Below are positions 56,447-64,000 of a stretch of 64,000 nucleotides of DNA, one piece after another; within the stretch, counting starts at the first letter, position 1; each line of letters begins with the position of its first letter. Below the pieces are notes generated by a model. The model was not told where the DNA came from, ran no database searches, and saw only the letters and a program-made list of their open reading frames with translations. A program made the position numbers and the translations under genes. The stretch comes from Eledone cirrhosa (taxonomy: Eukaryota), in NCBI GenBank assembly GCA_964016885.1, contig OZ024742.1:269452001-269516000 (forward strand), read 5' to 3'.

Positions 56447-58560
56447 CAAAGATAATGTGGTAAGATACCAGCTGGACCATAAGGCACCAGAGTACTCGAT
56501 ACTTAAGGTAGTAGAGATGGTAATAGGAAAATAGTCAGGACCCCACGGCTGAGCTCCGCCCGTTTCGACAGCTAGATCCGAACTATGCCACCAGTATTAG
56601 AACGGCGGGAATCTACCTGAACATATCAAGGGTAAGTCGATATATAAGCATGCAGTCTAAACCAAAAAAGCAGAGATATCTAAGCAAAGAATCCTAAACA
56701 TTATCCGTGTTAATTTTCTGGATGTTACACTCAAACTGGAGAATAATCTCTACTAATCATATAGGAAACCAAATGATAATTTACACTATAACCACCGCAG
56801 TTTCAAACCATCCAAGAAGCATTACCAACAACTTAGTAAAAAATATCTCCCTCTGCATATCACGCTTGTCCGCAAACGAGCAGATCTTAAATGAACACGC
56901 GCCGTATTACAATTCGTTCCTCAAAAGAAGCGGCTTCCATTAGGACTTTTCATATTGTCTAGACACTTCTAGCGGATCCAGCAAGTGACTCCACCGCTCA
57001 AGCCACGTAACGTGGTACAATCCTCCTCTCAATGCCGAGGTTGGAACAACAATTGGGAAGACTTTCGATAAACACTTCCTACCTGGACACCGCTATCACA
57101 ATATCATCAATAGAAACATTGTTAAACTTTCCTACATCACTACGCTCAACTTTGCACAAAACATTGCTTCATCTAACAATAAAAATCTCCTATCTAACAT
57201 AAGAAATAACAACGACATTAGCGGTGAGCAAATTAGGAGTTGCAACTGTCTGGATAGATAATCGTGCCCCCTCAACAACATATGCCGCGAACGAACGTGT
57301 CTCCTAGAGCAATGTGAGGACGGAACACTCCAACAAGATCTACATTGGATTACCCGCCTGCAAGTTTAAGACCCGGTATTACCAACACCATTATTCATTC
57401 AGAAATCGCCCAGTGACACGCGACAGCATTTTCTAGGCATATTTGGGACCTTTAAGACAACAAGTTGGAGCCTACTTTCCAAGGAAACATCTTACATGGG
57501 AGGTCGCTGTTCGTGCTATTTATGCTCGGAGGAAACGATCCAGATGCTGTTTGCAAAAGACCAAGTGTTACACAAAAGGGATGAACTTGTTACCTCATGT
57601 AAACACAGAATATATAGGACATATCAACACCCTTACGACCCAGGTGGGTAGATCTCATCTTTATCTCCTCCCCAATTACAAACTAAGATAGAGGAAACCC
57701 AAAGCATACCTAGGTAGAAATATAATTTTTCTTTGTTATTTACACATTATAATTACACTTAGGTGGATCTTTACATACTTACACTATTATAAACAGTTCC
57801 TAAACTTCCTTAGGTAAACCCTGAATATTTCGACTCTTGTTTAAATATATATACAATCATGTGAAACCGGCCGAACAAATAGCTCTGACACTTTACTAGA
57901 ATAGGGTTGATTTGTTTGCTGTCTGAATATAAAATAAAATACATGTAAATTAGTGTATCGATGTGCCCTTTCTGTACAGTAGAGTAATTGATAACTAGAT
58001 TTCTTTATCAGGAACTGAATTAGTATTAACACATAAACACTTTATTCTTTAGCCGATTGCTAGATTAGGCAAACTTAACTTAGCATTTCTAACTACCTTC
58101 TTAGATTCTTACACCCTGAAAATATATTCTTACCTCTTTGAATTGTATTTTACCGTTTCTATAACTGAAAGAGTTATACAGGCGTCTCTCTTAATGCCGT
58201 GTGTGCATGGCTGACTTGTTCGCATCCACCGGTCAGACTACCTTTTTACTCTCTCCCCTTTGTTCATCGGCCTGTCCAGCCCCCCCCCCCCGCCCCCGCC
58301 GCATTGAAGGAATTTAACTATGTACACGACATCTCAGATCATTGACGACTCCTCGCGACAGACAGGAAAAACAACATATTTTTTGGATTTTTTGCTTAGA
58401 TATTTCTTCTTTTTTCGTTTTGTTTTGACTGCAAGCTCATATATGGTCTTACCCCTTGATCAGTTCAGATAGATTCCCACCGCTCTAGTACTGGTGGGTT
58501 AGTTCGGATCTAGCTTTCGAAACGGCCGGAGCTCAGCCGTCATGGCCCTGATTGTCCTAT
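56445..58560 (+). mobile_element. Penelope-like element with 5' inverted pLTR (56525-56697 and 58381-58560)
   Basis: VNFLDVTL, SNHPRSITNNLVKNISLCISRLS, WYNPPLN, CNCL..CPL, IYIG. HHR relics in both arms. Confidence 0.88.
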
Positions 58561-58584
58561 ATATATATATATATATATACATAC

Positions 58585-58687
<103 letters not shown>

Positions 58688-58740
58688 ATATATATATATT
58701 ATTCAAAATATTAACAAATGAAGATATTCACACAATCAAA

Positions 58741-58817
58741 ATATATGCTTTATTATATATATTTCGAAGGTACTGTGTTGTTATTTTTCCAGTTAGTCCT
58801 CGTCAGATAACATATAT
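58741..58817 (-). ncRNA. Type-I hammerhead ribozyme, intact core
   Basis: ATATATGTTAT-CTGACGA-[GGA..ACTG..CAGT..TTC]-GAAAT-ATAT-ATA^ATAAAGCATATAT. Confidence 0.72.
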
Positions 58818-58920
58818 GATTTGATATATGACTTACCACTACCGTCTTGATATTTCAATTCCAGTATTGGCACTGATTTATTTCATCAAATGTCAACATT
58901 TATATACCACAAATAATCGG

Positions 58921-58995
<75 letters not shown>

Positions 58996-58999
58996 ATAC

Positions 59000-60145
59000 A
59001 TCAAGAATGAAGAGTCACATGGTTTGTTATACAATAAGGGCTTTATCCACATTGCTGACAATTGTTTCGCTGAACTGGTAGGTCTAGAGATCACTACCCG
59101 TCTGATTTTGTGTCAATCGATCACCATTACTTTGTTATAACCAGTCTATTCATCAGAGCATGCCAGAATGAAAGATATACACAGGCATGGCTACTATATA
59201 CAGTAGTGGTATTAAATCAGAACAATAATAACAATACTCAAATAAATTACCTAGATAGTAAATAGTTAAAACAATCACAACATCAATCTAATTAAGAAAT
59301 AGAGTATAATGATGACCTTATCATGTAAAACGAACTGATACGATACAGATGTATGAAATTGACGTGTGAAAGCCGTCATGGGGTACACTAGATATAGTGG
59401 AGAATTGGTAAAGAGATAACTTGGGGCCTGGAATTATGGACTATCTGCCGTAAGGTGACGATTTATTTATTATCTGACAAATAAAATATTTTCATTGTTT
59501 GTGAGGCCAGCAAACCTACAGTAAAGCATATAGTCCATAATTCCATGCCCCAAGTTATCTCTTTGCCACCTCTGCACTATATCTAGTGTACACCATGACA
59601 GCTTTCACATGTCAATTTCATACATCACAATCGTATCAGTTCGTTTTACATGCTAAGGTCATCATTATACACTATTTCTTACTTAGATTGAAGTTGTGAT
59701 TGTTTTAACTATTTACTATCTAGCTAATTTATTTGAGTATTGTTATTATTGTTCTGATTTAATACCACTACTGTATATAGTAGCCATGCCTGTGTATATC
59801 CTTCATTCTCGCATGATCTGATGAATAGAATGGTTATAACAAAGTAATGGTGTTCGATTGACGCAAAATCAGGCGAGTAGGGATCTCTAGACCTACCATT
59901 TCAGAGAAATAATTGTCAGCAATGTGAATAAAGCCCTTATTGTATAACAAACCATGTGACGCTTCTTTCTTGATTTATTATTACTCCAAGTATAAGCTAC
60001 ATAGAAATCACCGCATACTCGCAGCATCGTTATGGAAACGTCTTGTTGAGTCAAACTTAGCCAAGCGTTAATACTATCCACTGCTCGGAGTACTCTAACT
60101 GGACTACATCTAAGTGGACTACCTATAACGACAATTTGTTATCCG

Positions 60146-60147
<2 letters not shown>
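59000..60147. mobile_element. Non-coding fold-back PLE derivative: arms 59000-59444 and 59530-59974 plus tail
   Basis: Homologous to the 51391-54126 pLTR. Intact-core HHR at 59053-59160(-): TGCT-CTGATGA..GAAAC-AATT-GTC^AGCA. Confidence 0.87.
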
Positions 60148-60183
<36 letters not shown>

Positions 60184-60237
60184 CGTTTCTGAATTTGTTT
60201 AGCAAGATTTTTTATCTGAAATCGTGTGTTGAAACCG

Positions 60238-60306
60238 ATATTGTTATACTTTGGGAGGGTCATGTTGCCATGTTGGCAACATGACCCTCCCAAAGTATAA
60301 CAATAT
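60238..60306. repeat. Perfect hairpin with 33-bp arms
   Basis: ATATTGTTATACTTTGGGAGGGTCATGTTGCCA-TGT-TGGCAACATGACCCTCCCAAAGTATAACAATAT. Confidence 0.9.
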
Positions 60307-60353
60307 ATATATATACATATGTATATATATACATATACACTTATATATACACG

Positions 60354-60394
<41 letters not shown>

Positions 60395-60944
60395 GTGTGT
60401 GCATGTGTGATATGTGTGGTGCACTATAAATAACATGGGATAGGTACTACATATTTAAGGAGCAATTTGAATATTGAGTGTTCCCACATGACTGTTACGC
60501 ATCTCCTTATCTCTTAACCCAATTTTGCACATGATGACACATTTCTGAGTACAGAAAACTATATGTTATGCATTATAATTGTTTCTACTTTAGGCACAAG
60601 GCCAGCAATTACCCAGTGCATTACTGGTACTTTATTTTATCGACCCCGTAAGTGTGAAAGGCAAAGTCAACCCGAATATACATTTATACATGTAGTGTGT
60701 GAAAGTAAGTGTGTTTGCGCTTAGACTAATAGCGCTTATGGACATCTAGAGAAAACCAACAACTTCTGCTTGCAAGATGGCTATATTGCACTGTACAGAT
60801 ATATGAATGCAATATATATTAAAGTGTATTGTATAGAAAAACATTTTAATCGAAAAAAATGTTAGCATGCATTTATCGAAGAGACACCCAAAGCATTATT
60901 GCACGTTATTGTTGAATATTATTACCCGTAAATATAATGTAGGT

Positions 60945-61010
<66 letters not shown>

Positions 61011-62656
61011 GTTTAATACACAATACAATTGTTTTTTATCCAAGAACCAAAATAGCGACACCTCAGAATAATTTTTTCTTTTCAGTGTTCCGCCGAAATA
61101 TGTTTAATGTGTACAGTCTCTACCTGGTTATGATTAATGTTGCAGGAATATTTCAAATTACTAGGTGTTGTTCGACACAAGTTAATTCTCGAGGCCAGTA
61201 TTGAGAACCAGACACTATATTCAATACAATATCGACCTGAGATGATTGGTAGATGCTGGCCGAAATTAGACACTGTAGTTTCATTATCATTCCCCCAGAT
61301 GAATTTGGATAAATATCAGAAACCCTATATTAATATTTCATATATTCTGCTTCCGCTAAATTAGGCAAGTTATTCCATTTTTGCAATAAATCTTGCCTGT
61401 TAAAGGGATTGCTCCATTTTTCAGATGCGTAACAAGTACTGAGAAGCTAATATCATTCCTCAAATGAATCCATTTATATTTTATTCACATGGCATGAAAT
61501 TAGCAATTTTCAATGTATTTTCGGAAAGGTGCTAAATATTCGACGTGTTGGAGTGTAGATTTTTTTAAAAGTTATGAATTGTTAACATGTGTGAAATGGT
61601 TTCTTTATATAAAATATGTTTATTACTTCAACCAGAGAAGGCAGAATGCATATGATGTATTCATATACAATTAACCTAACTACATTGTTATGTCATAGAT
61701 TTAATTAGATATAAAGTTCAATGAATACTATACATCATACCTGACTTCAAAAGGAATATGTATGTAATTTTCTTTAATATAATTCGTCTACTCAGTCAGT
61801 CTATAACATTCAGCAATTGAAATTCTCCATCTTTACTTTTGAAAATCCTTACTGTCATTTTCCAATTCATGAATATATTGACAAAACTATTCTCCTTCAG
61901 ATTACTTCACCAGGATTTGGTGGGAAAATATCTTAATGTGACTAATGCAATTAATGAACATGATATTTTTCATATACAGAGGAGAACACAACACTATCTC
62001 TGTATGCAAGAAATTTCCTAGTACAAAGAACGTTTTCAAATATTTGTTTGAGGTTTCACAGCTTACTAAATGCAGATATCTAAAGATGACTTTCTGTTTC
62101 TACTTACAGACATCCTAATTGTGGAAACAGTACAAAAGTGGCACACGGTATCATGATATCACCATATCATTTGTATAATAAATGACATCGATCGTATTTT
62201 TTATTTGAATAATCATGTAATCCACTTGGACAATCATCTTGATGCAGTACCTACTGATTGTATTGCTGGCTTAAATTAACATTGATAACCAATGTATCTG
62301 GTATATTTTCACAAGAACCGTTGTGTTAATTCTTCGTTGTGTATTCTAAGGAAAACACCACTATTATTGCAGAAAGAATTTGGATTATTGTTCTATTCAC
62401 CACTCAGCATAATTAATGACCAATAATCATATGGATTATTCTAAAAATAGCAAAACACAAACGAACAAAAAAAAAAATAGATTATTCAAGGAGAATTATA
62501 GAAAAATTAATTCAATGGTCTCATCTCAAATTGTATACGTGTGAGTGAAAATCAGAAAATATATATGCAATCAACATTTAAATATGTATTACGATTGACT
62601 AAACTAATGTACGATAGACATGTCCGGTAGATTTGTGTTGCACATAAGACGACGAC

Positions 62657-62657
<1 letters not shown>

Positions 62658-62723
<66 letters not shown>
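62658..62723. repeat. (AAT)n microsatellite
   Basis: Read directly from the sequence. Confidence 0.97.
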
Positions 62724-62724
<1 letters not shown>

Positions 62725-64000
62725 CCCTTGACCATTATGCTGCGAAAAGTGAGAGCAGGATACAAGTTGGGAAGGGGAGAGCTTACCATCAATCACCTCC
62801 TCTTCATGGACGATCTTAAGCTCTTCGGGAAAAGTGAGAAGGAGTTGGATGTGCTTGTTGACACTGTCCGTATTTTCAGCAGTGATATATGTATGCAGTT
62901 TGGTATTGGTAAATGTGGAGTCATTGTGATGAGGAGGGGTAGGTTGAGCAGAAGTAATGGGATCCAGATACCAACAGGTGAGATGATAAAGGAAATTGAC
63001 TCTGAGGAAGGATACAAGTATTTGGGCGTTCTGGAGGCTGATGGCATAAAGAACAAAAAAATGAAGGAATTGTTAAGAACTGAATACATTCGGAGAGTAA
63101 GGAGCGTATTAAAGTCACATCTGAACAGTAGGAATGCCATAAGAGCAGTAAATTCCCGAGCTGTTTCTATTATTAGGTACAGTGCGGGAATTCTGAGATG
63201 GAATGTTGCTGAACAAAAAGAAATGGATAGGAAGACTAGGAAGCTATTGACTATCTACAACATGTTCCACAAGAGGAGTGATGTCGATAGACTCTTCTTA
63301 AGGAGATCTGAGGGTGGAAGAGGTCTTATCAGCATAGAGGACTGTGTTCAGATGGAGAAAAACAACCTATACAAATACGTGACCTATAGTAAGGAGCCAA
63401 TGCTCAGAACTGTACTGAAGGAGGGGACAGTAGGCCAGGGGATGTCCAAGGAGGAAATAACATCAAGGAGGAAGAGCAGCCTTAAGGGAAAATCCCTTCA
63501 TAGTACCTTCTTTGAGAAAACTGAATTTAGAGATCCACAGACATGGAACTGGTTGAGAAGAGGAGACCTCAAAAAGGCCACAGAAGGAATGCTAATGGCT
63601 GCGCAGGAGCAGGCCCTCAAAACGAAGTGGTTGAAGCACCATATTTACAAGGAGGAGGCTAGCCCACTGTGCAGGATCTGTGGAGAGAGAGAGGAGACTG
63701 TGGCTCACATTGTGTCCGAGTGTAAACACCTAGCCCAGACCCACTATAAGGGCTGGAGACACGATGTGGTGGGCAGGGTGATCCACCGGCACTGTGCAAA
63801 GTAAACAATTTACCACATTCTGAGAAATGGTATGAGCATAGGCCAGCGGCGGTGATGGAGAACAATCAGGTGAAGGTGCTGTGGGATTTTAGGATACAGA
63901 CGGACAAAAAACTGGAACACAATAGGCCTGACCTGGTGGTTGTGGACAAAGAAAAAAGATCGTGTCTGATTGTGGATGTGGCCTGCCCGTTCGACACGAG
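62720..64000 (+). mobile_element. 5'-truncated R4/Dong-clade LINE (RT C-half, CCHC, RLE), runs off window end
   Basis: INHLLFMDDLKLFGK, YKYLGV, GGRGLISIED, CRICG..ETVAHIVSEC, RHDVVG. After a frameshift: LWDFRIQTD..HNRPDLVVVD..VDVACP. Confidence 0.93.

Noticed and set aside
61020-62450. Repeat-poor stretch with weak coding appearance
   Set aside because: The frames examined are interrupted by stops and no motif was recognised.

Overview
This is eukaryotic, AT-rich, repeat-dominated DNA. The tRNA-derived SINE and the very high (TA)n/(CA)n load suggest an octopod cephalopod (inference). No intact host gene is supported; one candidate exon lies at 36785-37020. Most listed ORFs are microsatellite artefacts. 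The real coding remnants are retroelements: a well-preserved Tx1/L1-clade LINE (ORF1 plus APE), four R4/Dong-clade RLE-type LINEs, a CR1-like LINE, an RTE remnant and about ten Penelope-like element (PLE) RT/GIY-YIG remnants. The main hidden signal, read by eye on both strands, is more than 30 type-I hammerhead ribozyme (HHR) motifs from more than 10 sequence families, about 16 with intact cores. Most have a short palindromic stem III. They sit in non-coding modules bounded by (TA)n. These modules are arranged as long fold-backs and as 400-600 bp tandem units (PLE pLTR- or retrozyme-like). They include a covariant U3-A8 core and very long stem II insertions. Coordinates were counted manually, so element boundaries are approximate.
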